In this document: piece by piece, positions 50,523-62,979 of the stretch
How positions within the stretch are numbered: position 1 is the stretch's first letter
How the letters are laid out: each line of letters starts with the position of its first letter
Source: Callorhinchus milii
Taxonomy: Eukaryota
Length of the DNA: 64,000 bases
Direction of reading: 5' to 3'
NCBI RefSeq assembly: GCF_018977255.1
Contig: NW_024704742.1
Location: forward strand, 6,016,001-6,080,000
The notes under the pieces: generated by a model
Seen by the model: the letters and a program-made list of their open reading frames with translations, nothing else
The model's database searches: none
Told to the model about the DNA's origin: nothing
Position numbers and translations under genes: made by a program

Positions 50523-50944
50523 TGATCAGGAATCACATTTGAAATCATCATATTGTAAACCCTTTTCATCTCCATTCCTTAACCTCACCAGCTGCTGAGA
50601 CGTTTCTCAATCATCACTGAATGTTCCAAAGATCATAGTCCGTGACTGGAATCATTGTTAGAGGATACCATGGGCAACAATTTGCACTTGTAGAGTGCCT
50701 TTCATACAGGAGAACGTCTCAAAGTTACAGAGACAGGGTGGGAGATGGAGGGAGGAAGTAAGCAGAAGGCGGCTGATGAAGGTAGAAAGTCAGATTGGAT
50801 TTTAGACAGGTTTTGAAAGTGGAGAGAGAAAGCTTGCCAGAGGAATGAAGAATGGATTTAATGGGGGTTTGGGAGCTCAAAGAAGGATGGACATGTATTG
50901 CATGTCCATCCTTCTATGATCCTTCCACAGGTGTCTCACTTTCA

Positions 50945-51277
50945 GAGTCCTGTAGCTCAGTGGTTAGAGCACTCGCCTCACAATCGAGAGGACCTGCAGG
51001 CCAGGCAAAACTTTAGGCAAGTTTCCTTACTCCACACACTTCTGTTTACCCTAGCAGTAAGTAGGAACCCGGTTATTTGTCAATCGGTGGATCGCTTTTT
51101 AAAAAACCCACAATAATTTGGTCACTCGTGGGACGCTGCTGTGCCCAATTGGTTGCCATGTTTTGCCTACAAACTATAGAGTCAATTCACTTCACAGTAT
51201 ATTCTGTGAAGTGCTTTGAGACGTCTCAACGACTTGATAAGGCTCTGTATCAAAATTCAAGGATTATTATTATTATT
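50945..51277 (+). mobile_element. tRNA-Ala SINE, long subfamily (B-box deleted)
   Basis: Head, body and tail are present, but the T-arm region is missing. Confidence 0.88.
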
Positions 51278-51772
51278 AAAAGAAATCTCTTATTAGAGAA
51301 AAAAAATGCCAGGTCAGGCTTGTGCTAACTCAGAGTGACTTTAGGTTTCCCTCCTATAATATATGCAACTCCACCATGAACTGATTTGCATCTTAAATAG
51401 TTTGGCACAACTACAAATCCATGTTGTTTCGTGATGCTGTGGCACTTAGCTCAGCCACTGATGTTGAACACAGCTGAAACATCAGACTCTTCCTGAATGC
51501 ATTAGACATGAGGTGAAAAGCAGCATGCTCCCTAATATCCTACATACTCTTGCCATTGATATCCTTCCAATCTTTTGTTAAGTGTCTGGAAATGAATTAA
51601 TGACCTACTGTGCGGCTGCCTATCCGACAGGTACCTTTACAAATCACGACTGCATTTCCATTAAGTTTCACCACGTGATAAAAATTGGGTGGCCAATGTA
51701 CAGAGTATCTGTGCTATTCAACTCCGAGGAAAAGAAGTGAAACAAACCTTATTTGCATTAGTACGATACTAT

Positions 51773-52157
51773 TGGAGTCCTGTAGCTTAGTGCTTAGACC
51801 ACCAGCCTCGCAAGCCAGAGGACCTGGGTTTGATTCCTGGGCAGGGCAAAACATTGGCCAAGTTTCCTTGCTCCACATGCCTCTCTTTGCCTGGCAGTAA
51901 GTAGGAAACCGATTGTTGGTCGATTGGCGGATCGCGTTTCCGGGGGTACTAATTCCTTCCAAATAAAAATTAAAATAATTTGGTCACTCAATCCATGTCA
52001 GCTTGTATGCAATTGCACGACTGCTGTGCGCAATTGGCTGCCGCGTTTCGCCCGCAAAATATACAGTCAATTCACTTTACAATATATTCTGCGAAGTGCT
52101 TTGAGATTTCTCTAAGAAGTGATAAGGCGCCATATCAAATGTGAGGATTATTATTAT
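51773..52157 (+). mobile_element. tRNA-Ala SINE, long subfamily
   Basis: Full-length copy. Confidence 0.9.
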
Positions 52158-52559
52158 CATTCAGCACGGGATATGAATTTGATTTGATCTGTGACTGAAT
52201 TTCAGTTTTGTATCAAAGAAACATAGAAATTTGTAACGCAGAAGGAAGTCATTCAGTCCATCGAGTCTGCACTGGCTCTCAGAGCAAATTGTTCTTTCAA
52301 TCCCTTTGCCCTGCCTTTGCCCTTACAGTTTCAAGTCTCTAATGTTCCAATTCCTAAACTGCCCGATATTTCGTGGTTATTGGTTTCCCTCAGAGACCAA
52401 GGGAAGTTATATTGCTCACAGACCACAGCATTCACGTGATTGCAGATTTAACATGTACTCAGCACATACATTTCAACCGGTCAATGACAACTAGTATCTG
52501 ACAAATTAGAGATTATTTATTTATTATGTGTTTTGGGTCTAACATATGTATTATTGGTC

Positions 52560-53600
52560 GGGCTGTGTGTCGGGCACATATGGAAATCCATCCTTTGCTT
52601 AAGAGTATCCTAACCAGACTTCCATATATGTATGCCACCAACACATGAAAATTTCCCTGTGTCTGGAATTGAATGTGCACTCTCTCCCTGGAGGGACTCA
52701 CCCTGTTTGCCTAATTCCAGGGAGAATTAGGCATAGGTTGGGCAAGAGCCGAGGCTTGGGAACGCCAGAGCGTGAATTGGGGTAACTGCTGGAATCTAAC
52801 CAGCTAAAACCGCATAGCTTACCATTGATAGCACTGTTAGCAAGCGTTCCCATTGCTTGTCCAGCTAGGACTACCCTACCCTTTAGGGTTTTGGTTTGCT
52901 GGGCAGGGGATGAACAGCTGGGAGGTGCTCCACCAATACATCTGGATAATTTGAATATGGTACCGGAGCAATTTCTAACTTTATATCACACGGTAGATCC
53001 CAGCTCCTTATTTATTATACCAGTAACTAACGATTCATTATCTGCACATTACAGGTGTTTTACTGCACCCTGGTCCTCTTAAGCTTTCAGGCTCACAGTT
53101 TTTTAGCATCTCTACTTCCCACTGCTTGCGATATGGTCCATGGCAACTTTGGGCATGGTGGTGATCCCTAAAAGTCTTTCCTTGACATTTTCTGACATAT
53201 TCTCTTCACTCCTCACACTGGATATTGTTTCTTTGTACATCTCCTTCAGCGGTCTGGTAATCTCGCCATTTTATTGTTTTAGATTTCCGGTAGCCTTATT
53301 CTGGACCGAGATATTTCCACGCCCAAAAGGCAACAGAATGTACCCCCATGTGTGTTCCATACTCCAGGACGTTTTAATCATCTGTTTCACAATGAGGATC
53401 TTGCCAGCACACCCATGTCCTTTTCCTGAAACCACAATGACTTTCCCACGGCCTTCCACCCAGCCAACACTGCAGCCTATTTCGGAGAACTCATGCAAAC
53501 CTATTTCCGAGGACGCTATTGCCTCTAAAATCCGTATTCGCTTTCCTGTTCACCCCTTCTCATGTTATGAAATACTGACTGCCAGTTTCCAAAAAAATGT
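52560..53600 (-). mobile_element. Degenerate RTE-clade LINE reverse transcriptase
   Basis: Reading across frameshifts: WKLAVSIS.HEKG, DFRGNSVLGNRFA.VLRNRL, ESHCGFR, KGHGCAGKILIVKQMI, EYG, LKEMYKETISSVR, VAMDHI, KHL.CADN, YIYGSLVRILL. Confidence 0.7.
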
Positions 53601-55279
53601 TGNAAAAAATCTAAGGGTTTTAGTTGGCTTGTTGCTCAACAAGTCCGGATAAGGCAAACATGGATGCTGGGCTGTATTACTAAATCAGTTCAGTTCAAAT
53701 CCCCAGAAAATCATGCAAGTCACCAACAAAATGCACAGTCATTACACTTTACAGTAAAATCCTGTGAAGCACTTTGAGATGTCCTCCCAATGTGAAAGGA
53801 GATAGATCAAATATAAGGATTATTATTACTATTATTATTCCAGGTGTGGCCTGAATCACAAACTGTACAAGGCAAGATTGTAAAACAAAATGCGTATACT
53901 TGTACATCTTCAGAAGAAGGTTAAGTACCTATCCAATATATTCCTCTTCAACATGGGATCGCTTTTACATTTTCACATTTATGCGGGTAATTTTCCTCAA
54001 CCGGCCTATAAACTTTGATTTTACTTTATATGTTGTATTACGGTTCTTTTCCAATGACGTTTATAGCAATAATAATGATCATTTAGAGCCCAGCGCATCA
54101 AGATGACTCAATGCGCTTTACAGAGAATTGCTGTAAATTATCGTGACTTTGTACTTGTAGGCAAACATGATGGCCAATTTCCGCACAACAGCGTTCCACA
54201 AAGAGCCACATATAGGGCATACCTTCACATATCGATCAGTTCTTTTTTTAAACAGAGTGCAGTCATCCTTCCGGCTTCTGCTTTTGCCTTAGAGTTTTCG
54301 ACATAAACAAACTAATTCCGTGAAGCAGGCTGTAATGATTATTTACCCATCCTGTTTTGTTTAGTCTCTTAGCCATTAGGAATCACTGCAGTCTTTGTTT
54401 AAGATAAAGCCACAGCAGCCGTGAATCAGTACCCAGCATAGGCAGCAACAGATGTCTGCCACACGCATCCACTGGTCGGCTTCTGAGCAGGGGAAAAAAA
54501 ATCATTATCAAACACTTCAAAAATAATACCTGAGAGTAATAACAAACAACAAAGGGGAGGAGGGGACAGAACAAACGAAGTCTACGTCTTCTTTTTAAAT
54601 TGCTATCACGTATAACATCTTGCTTTTACAGAATCTTGTTCACCACACCCTGACCATTCCCCAGATGGTCTTGGCAACCATCCACTGCTTAAAGACGAGC
54701 CCTCCCTTTAATATTTACACTTCAACTTCTGTAAGCAAACAGCGTCCACTGTTTGCGATGAACGCGGCGAGGAAAAGGGAAGAAAGAAATTAAATGGCAG
54801 AATTTCCATCTGTGTTGTTTTACGCACATGAGGCTGAGCTCAGTGATCTCTTATCTGGCCTGCAATGTCTCTCTCAGGGAAGCATGTAGCCTGCAGATCT
54901 TTCGAGTTTGTCACCTTGCAGCCACATGCCGTGGCGTCTATATGTGGGGGAAGGCGAGAGGATTGAGGGGGGTAACTTCTGGGAGTTTCATGTTGCCAGA
55001 GAGGATGTGTGCAAGCTGTGCCTTTCTGATGCAGGCAGTCCAACCAGATACTCGCCGAACTCCATCGCTTCTTAAAGGGGCATTGTTGCCCATGAGAAGC
55101 AGCTAAGCAAACGTGTTTTCGAACAAAGATGCAATGCAAGTGGTATTTGCATCCCAGCAATGTTACCTAAGGCATGAAATGGCTGCCATAACCTACTGAG
55201 CCAGGTGTCCGCTGTTTAATACTGTCCCGTAACCAATTTCGCGCAAATAACTCATGTTCCTGCATTGTTTCGGATTGAG

Positions 55280-55565
55280 CATTTTGGCCAAGTTCAACGT
55301 TAAACCAAAGCCCCGTCTATCTGTTCAGGTAGACATTACATATCCCACAGCACTATTCAAAAAATAAGGGAGTTTCTTCTGGTGTCCTGGTAAACAATAC
55401 CCCAGATAAAATAAATCGGCTCTTTGTGAGAAAGTACTGTGCACAAAGTAGTTGCTGTGATTTCTTGCAAATACAGTCACTATTTACTTTACAGTAAATC
55501 CTGTGAAGCACTTTGAGATGTTTTGACGTGACAAGGCACTGTATCAAATACAAGGAATATTATTG
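55280..55565 (+). mobile_element. Deu-domain SINE fragment
   Basis: cgttaaaccaaagccccgtctatctgttcagg followed by a tail. Confidence 0.8.
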
Positions 55566-55630
55566 TCATCTGATTAGCTTTAGTAGCATGGGCAAAGGCT
55601 GATGGAATTAGACTTTTGAGGAAAATCCTG

Positions 55631-55953
55631 TGGAGTCCTACAGCTCAGTGGTTAGAGCACTCGCTTTGTAAGTGAGAGACCTGAGTTCAATTCCAGGCAG
55701 AGGGCGAAACCTTGGGCAAGTTTCCATACGCCTAATAATAATCCCTCCAAAAAAACAAAACAATAATAAATTGGTCATTTTCAATCCACGACTGTTTGTG
55801 GGACATTGCTGTGCGCAATTGGCTGCCGCGTTCGCCCACAAATATACAGTCAATTCACTTTACAGTGTGTTCTGTGAAGCGCTTTGGGACGTCCTCCTGA
55901 CGTGAAAAGCGCTATATCAAATGCAAGGATTATTATTATTATTATTATTATTA
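55631..55953 (+). mobile_element. tRNA-Ala SINE, short subfamily
   Basis: Full-length copy with a (TTA)n tail. Confidence 0.93.
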
Positions 55954-56084
55954 TAAAATATGACAGTCTGTTTTCTAGTCATTATTCAACATATCTTTAA
56001 TCGAATAAGTGCTTTGCCCTTGACGTCTTGAATTGGAACTGTTCAATTATTAGACTTTCTGCACTAAATCTATCCCACCCAGGA

Positions 56085-56330
56085 ATATAGAGACAGTAGC
56101 TCATTCAGCCCAGCTCATTACATCTATGACGACTCTTTCATTCCAGTTTCCCATCTTTTGCCTTAGTATTTTCGACATAAACAAACTATCCTTAATACCC
56201 TTATATAAGAATCTATCTAACTGCCTTTCGAACACCTCCTTGACTCTGCCAAACAATCAGTTCCATAAGTGCACACCCTTTCTGTGAAGATCATATGTTC
56301 AAAGGTCTCCTGTAACTTATTTTGATGTCT
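56085..56330 (-). mobile_element. CR1 3' tail carrying a 24-bp foreign insertion
   Basis: Aligns to 28255-28555 except for the insert at about 56163-56186. Confidence 0.6.
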
Positions 56331-56794
56331 TCCATTGCACTTCTTCCTATCACACAAAACCAATAGGTCTAGTGGGTGAACACGGGTTCTTCTATGTGTT
56401 CTCTGAAAAGATCATCACTGGAATTGTTGTCCTCGAGCACTCAGGTCATCCCAAGGTGCTGGACAGTCAGGGATTTGGTACACAGTAGCATCAAACAATG
56501 AGAGTCAGAACATTTTGGGTTGTTTACTATGTACTGGCTTAAGTCAAACTGGCTTCAGTAGTGTGTCCCTCGTACCCAAGGACGATCGTGCCAACAATGA
56601 AGGGAGTACAGTAGAAGTTTGTGGTAGATAGATATGTTGATGATTATGGAGGCCAATATGTGACAGACATTGTCTACCACAAGCCGAACATAACCATGTT
56701 CTGGGGGAGGGGGAGAAGATTTTGGGGGGTTAAAAGTCGTAGCTGCTAGTGGAAGCTGTGAATCTATCCATCATCAGCTGAAGATCCTCTTTGG

Positions 56795-56900
56795 AATGTC
56801 TCACAAACACGCTTCACATAGACCCCTCGCAGCCAGAGGAGACTTCAATCCAATGAACTGTGGAGCTTCGGTGTCAGAGGTGAAAGGCCAGTCCCATCCA
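56795..56900 (-). mobile_element. LF-SINE-related 5' fragment
   Basis: Minus strand reads tggatgggactggcctttcacctctg...gaagtctcctctggctgcgaggggtctatgtgaag, like recalled LF-SINE GCCTTTCACCTCTAGG...CCTATGTGAAATG. Confidence 0.55.
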
Positions 56901-57239
56901 TACTTTGTTCTAGGATATATATTAGCCTGTAAATACGCAGTCACTACACTTGGCACTATTTGAAAAGAGAAGGGAATTTTTCCCGGTGACTTGGCCAACA
57001 AATTCCCCAAATAAAATTCGTCACTCACTTCACAGCTGTTTATGGGACATTACTGTGTCCAAATTGGCTGCTGCGTTTCGCCCACAAAATATACAGTCAA
57101 TCTAGTTTACTGTATATGCTTTGAAGTGCTTTGTACATCTCAACAATGTGATAAATGTATACCAAATGCAAGGGATTATTATTATCATCTTAGTGAATCT
57201 TCTCTTCACACAAAACAAAGATTGGTACAGTTTTAGAAT

Positions 57240-57640
57240 TATCTTTGCTGATATATTCTTCTATTCCTCTATTTGTTAAACCTGGCCTCCCACTAGCTTA
57301 TTGAACAGCTTTGTGTATTGCCCTTCAACTTTTAATGATTTTTGTACAGGTTTCCTTCTCTTCTAGTACTTTAAACGTTTTACCATTTAGTATATATTTC
57401 CCCTCTTGGCTCTTCCTTCCAAAATGTATTCCCTCACTCTTTACTGCGTTAAATTTCATCTGCCTTTTATCTACCCAATCCCAATCCACTAGCCTGTCTG
57501 TGCCCTGTTGGGCTCATTTGCAGTCCTCTGCACAGTTAGCCTATTATTGTATCATCTGTAATTTTGATATTGTGCCTTCAATAACCAAATTTGTAGCATT
57601 CATGTATATTGCGAAAAGCACTGGTTGTAATAAATACCTG
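57240..57640 (-). mobile_element. CR1 RT fragment
   Basis: Inverse of the DDTKIG...LQ.D.DRL..W...QMKFN..K...IHFGRK region. Confidence 0.7.
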
Positions 57641-59607
57641 GGAATGATTTCCAGGCAGTAACTTCACTGAGGGATTCAAGAGCCTCGTAAAGTCTGAGAA
57701 AAAAGATCGGGAGATTTATAACTACCACCTGAACCATGATATAAGGTTATTGCTTGGTAATCACTCCCATGTATTGTTCCCTTTTAAAATACTAATTGTG
57801 CGCTTTGTGGAGATAGCTTTTCCGTTGATGAGGCAGATGTCATAGAGAAGCTCTTGATGGGCAATGACACTCACACCTGCATGAATCTATGGGTGTGTTC
57901 ATGGGTGTGCATGTGTGCAATAAAGTTTGTAAAGTCCTTGTTAAAAGCCATTAAGCAGATGCAAGGTTCATCAAAAAGGGAATTATTTTACACCAAATCA
58001 AGAGTTAACTATGTAATAGATAACATAACATAATATAATAATATTAAAGGGTATGAGGAAAGGCGGAGCAGTGAGCTTCAGGGGAAGCTAGTACCAGCAC
58101 AGACACAATGGCTTCTCTCTGTGCAGCAAACATTCTTTGATTCTTTGATTTAGGTTAACACATGTTCACTCCCAATTTATTGTTGAGAAATCTGCTGGAG
58201 AATCAACAGAGAAGTAAAGAAATAAAGCTCAGCTCACTTCCTCCGGCCTTACCGCTCCCCTTTCCCCAATTCTTGATTCTGGACTTTGTTTGTTACATAC
58301 TCTCTGACTCTCAGTGGGAGTCCTAAATTATTTAACTGATATATGACTGGCTCCACGATGAATATTTTCCTATTTATTTGGTGAACTGGATGCCACTGGA
58401 AAGTACGTTCCAAATCTAGATAAAGCAACTTGAATGAAAAGAGGTTAACAGTGGCGCTGTTAAAGATCTAAGCTGAAAGCCACAGAAAATTTGCATGACA
58501 AAAATCTGGGCCTTGTCATCCCAGAGTGAAATGCCAGGATAGCATAGACACATTCTGCAAGGAATCATCGCCAATTAATTCCTGCTTTCTGGGTGTGCCA
58601 CAATTATCCCTTTGTAGATGACATTGCCTATGCTAAATGTGTAACTGACATGGTCATCCAGCTAAATGTATTGATTATTGCTGCTATCCCTAACCCGGTG
58701 CGTTGTGTGTGCAATTCTTTTCCAATGTATAATGGAAAAGTATTGCAATCGTATTACAGAAAAATGTTTATATGATATTACTGACATATGTTGAAGTGAC
58801 ATTATGAAGAAGGAATGAATTTGTCCCATCAAAGAAATCGTTGTGGTAATGATTTTCTCTTTTTGAACCCATCTGCAATCAATTGAGAGTTTTAAAATTA
58901 AATGTAATGCGCTGTATTTCTTTTTCCTATCCTTTTTTTTTGCAATCTGATACGTAAGTTACATTGAAATATTCAGCATGGTAAGTTGAGTTTTTCTTTT
59001 ATGAAAAAATAATGTTTAATGTTTTAGAGTCTAAAATGTTTCCGACCGCAAAGAAGACACACATCCCTCCCCACTGAATTCCATTGAAAGTAAGATTTCT
59101 TCAGTAACTAGGCTTATGTGACTAGTGTGTGATGGATGAAATATCAGATCCAGCAGAAGCCCCGACATATTTGCCATTTACATCAGGAGGGGGTGGAGGT
59201 GGACTTATTTATTCCGAGTGTTATTTTTCGATGGAAGAAGGTTGTGTTGTGTTGTGTTATGAGGACCAATTGCAGTGAAAGAGCTTCAGGTGATGGAAGA
59301 AATATTGGGGTCTAAACGGTGGTTTTCCCGAACTCATTTGTCTTCCTTAAATAAGGACTTTAACTTTAATTCTTCAATAAGGAATGAAATGTGATTATAG
59401 TGGGAAGCAGGAAGCAGGCCAGACTCCAATGAGTTATTAACTAATCAGTAACAGTTACAAATCTTGTAACAGTAGGGAACAGTGATGAAAATATGGTAGA
59501 ATTCAATGGCAGCTTAGAAGGGGAGAAAACAGGATCACAAACCAAAGTTTGGGAGTTAACAATAAGAAAGAGCAAGAAGGACATCTTGCTAAGGGAGTAT
59601 CAAGAGG

Positions 59608-59800
59608 TAATAATAATAATAATCCTTGCATTTGATATAGCGCTTTTCACGTCTTCTAGACGTCTCAAAGCATTTCACAGAATATACTGTAAAGTGAATT
59701 GGTTATATATTTGTGGGCGAACGCGGCAGACAATTGCGCACAGCAATGTCCCACAAACAGTCGTGGATTGAAAATGACCAATTTATCATTGTTTTGTTTT
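59608..59800 (-). mobile_element. tRNA-Ala SINE tail, short-subfamily type
   Basis: Inverse tail with gtgaaaagcgct and ttggtcattttcaatcc. Confidence 0.9.
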
Positions 59801-59802
59801 GT

Positions 59803-61705
59803 AAATTAAAAAAAACAGGACCTCGAAGCTGGTATCTCTTGATTGCTATCCAAGCCACATGCAAATTGGCCCAGAGATAAACAAATCAGGGAAATGAATG
59901 TGTGGCTGAAAGAGTGGTGTGAGAAGGAGGAGGGGTTTCATTTCATGGGACATTGGCAGGGACATGTACTGGGACAGGAATGAGCTGTACTGTTGGGATG
60001 GTCTGCACCTGAACAGGGCTGGGACCAAGGCGAAAAGGATAAATAGAACTGTAGAAAAGGCTTTAAACCAGTAAGGGTATGTGGGGGAGGACGGGAGGGT
60101 AGAAACCAAAATGTAAGGTCAGGAGAGGTTGAGAGCAACGGTCAGAATACAAATAGTGATAAAGATAACATAAATACTACAGGAAACAAAAATGTAATAG
60201 GAAGTTATGACAAAAGGTGTAACAAGTCAAAAAGTGTGAGAAGAACATTGTCAGGGTGTACAGACGTGTTGGGGACCGTTACCCAACTAAGAGTTATGTA
60301 TACAAATGCACGTAGCATACAAAATAAAACAAGTGAGTTAGGAGCACAAATTCAGCTTAAAGGGTATGATGTAGTAACCATTACAGAGACCTGGTTACAA
60401 CCTGGGCAGGACTGGGAGCTAACTATTCCAGGCTATAATGTCTTCAGAAAAGACAAGGACATTGGGAAAGGAGGAGAAGTAGCAATATTGATAAAAGACA
60501 CTATTTCAGCAGTGGAAAGGAAATGTTTCATTAAGGGCGATCAGGTAGTGGAAACACTGTGAGTAGAATTAAGGAGCGACAAAGGAGGTAAGACTCTGTT
60601 AGTAGTAGTCTTCAGACGTTGTGACGTAATGGAGAAATATATAAATACGGAGACCAGGGAAGCATGTAGCAAAAGCAAAGTGGTTATAATGTGAGATTTT
60701 AATTTTCACATAGACTGGGAGAAGCAGGACACCACAGGTGGTAAAGCCAATGCATTTCTAGAATGTATTCAGGACAGTTTTTTGGAACAATATGTTTTAG
60801 AACCAACAAGGGAACAAGCCATACTGGATTTGGTGATGAGTATTAAGCCAGAAGTAATTAACAATCTGACAGTAAGGGAACATCTCGCAAATAATGATCA
60901 TAATATGATTGAATTTGACATTAGATTTGAGAGGGCGAAGGGAGAGTCCCACGCCAAGATTCTAAATGTAAGTAAGGCAAACTTCGATGAGATGAGAAAT
61001 ATATTGACCACAGTAAACTGGGCTGAACGGTTAGTAGGTAAACCTGCAGATGAACGATGGGAGTATTCAAAAAAGTATTTGATAGAATACAGGGATATTA
61101 AAACCAATAGCAAAAGCTTTTAGAAATATATTACAAGAAAGAGAATGGTCAAGGGGAATGTGGGTCCGTTAAAGGCAGATGTAGGTGAGACTATAACGGA
61201 AAATAAGGAAATGGCGGACTTGGTAAATAAATACGTTGCAACCGTTTTATAGTAGAGGATGAGGACAACTTACCAGCTGTACAGGGGAACCTAAAAATAA
61301 TTCAAAGAGAAATGCTTATTAAAATTAATATAAATAAAAAAATGGCAATAGAGAAAATAATGAGACTCAAGATAGACAAATCTCATGGACCTGATAGTTT
61401 CCATTCCAGGATGTTAAAGGAATAGGAGAGGAAATGGCAGATGCATTCGTCATGATTTTTCAAAGATCACTAGATTTAGGAATTGTGCCCTGAGTTTGGA
61501 AAATTGTGAATGTCACCCCTTTATTTAAAAAGGGAGGGAGGGAGAAACCAGGAAACTGCAGACCTGTCAGCTTAACGTCAGCCATAGGGAAAACACTGGA
61601 ATCCATCATCAGGGACAGAGTAACTGAACACTTGGACAGGTATGAGCTAGTCAAAGAGAGTCAGCATGGGTTTCTGAAGAGTAGGTCATGTCTGATACTC
61701 TGCTG
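59803..61705 (+). mobile_element. CR1 LINE: ORF1 esterase C-terminus, ORF2 APE endonuclease and RT N-terminus (pseudogenised)
   Basis: ORF1 MNVWLKEWC...ELYCWDGLHLNRAGT (stop near 60074). ORF2 YTNARSIQNK...ITETWL...PGYNVFRKD...EPTREQAILDLV...DHNMIEF, then NVTPLFKKGGREKPGNCRPVSLTS...QHGFLKSRSCL. Stops and frameshifts are present. Confidence 0.93.
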
Positions 61706-61730
61706 AGCCCCAAAAGTCTCCTTTGGTGCC

Positions 61731-61910
61731 AATAATAATAATAAACCTTACATTTGATACATGTCTTCGAGACGTCTCAAAGCGCTTCACAGAATATACT
61801 TAAAGTGAATTGAGTACATTTTGAGGGCGAAATGCGGCAGCCAATTGCGCACAGCAGCGTCCCACAAACAGTCGTGGATTGAAGTGACCAATTTATTATT
61901 ATTATTTTAT
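61731..61910 (-). mobile_element. tRNA-Ala SINE, 5'-truncated
   Basis: Inverse tail. Confidence 0.88.
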
Positions 61911-62979
61911 TTTGAATAAAGCTGAATGTTCCCGGAATCCACCTTATACTGATTTCACTGCTAAAATCCTTATCATCCACACACCACTGAATTTCACATT
62001 TACTGTACAGCATAAAATTGTGTACTGCTTAGATAACATTGTAAGGTATTCGATAAAGTAGAATGCAAATGTTGACATTTATAGGATAAGACTTCAAACC
62101 ACAATATTTTTGTGTTTAAAAATCCATACCTCGTATAAGTAAAAACTTAATGCAAGTTTTCCAGTTGTTGTGAATGCTTGGTGGGATTATAACTAGACCA
62201 TATTTTAGTCAGTTATAGGACTTATATCATGAAATGACTCATTTGCATTTACTGTATAGTAATTCCATACTCTTATCTAAAACTTGGGAGCAATAATTTA
62301 GCTTGAACTTTAATATTCATACAGTCAATGAAGATCAATTATTTGAAATCATCTGACTTATGTCTTTAACAGTTTCTGTGAAGGTTGATCAGGAACCAAA
62401 TTAAAAAACTTAGACCACCTTGGCATTACAGCACTTCCCTTCTCTGATGGTAATAGGCTCACCCAACTGGTTTGTTCTTCAACTTGAAGTCACATCTACT
62501 TAGATCAAGCAGCAAATGACTCTGTGATCACCTGAAAACCTCAATAATGTACCAGTTGGCACAGCTGCCCACTATTTGGCTTATATCCAAGTGACACAAT
62601 AAATTAAAAGAACTACCTCCTGGCATTGTCATATATCTTTGCTCTGATGAAGTGCTTCAGCTTTAGCCAAAAAAGTGCTTTGGAAGCACTTTCTTTGCAT
62701 TGGTGGGTCAAGTAACCAAAGTCATGTTGTGCTGAGATATGAAAGACCCCAAGATATCAGGTCAGTAGAGATGGAAGATCAAGATAAGAAACAAAATGGA
62801 TTATCGTCAGATAAGCTCCAGTGACTGTGAAAGATAACCCCATTTGTTTGCAAAATCAGACCCTTTTCTGTCGTTCTGTGGATAAAGTTTGGTTTGTGAA
62901 CAGCATATTTGCTGAACTTTAATGTCAAATATCAAAAGTTTCATTGAAGTGCAATAACTCATCAACTGAATCAAGGTCA

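Noticed and set aside
53140..53652. 170-aa plus-strand ORF, and an initial retroviral integrase reading of the minus strand
   Set aside because: The ORF is the antisense shadow of a decayed RT, and the minus-strand motif order fits RTE, not integrase.
62644..62692. CTGATGA next to a 9-bp hairpin, as a hammerhead
   Set aside because: There is no stem II closed by GAAA and no cleavage-site geometry.
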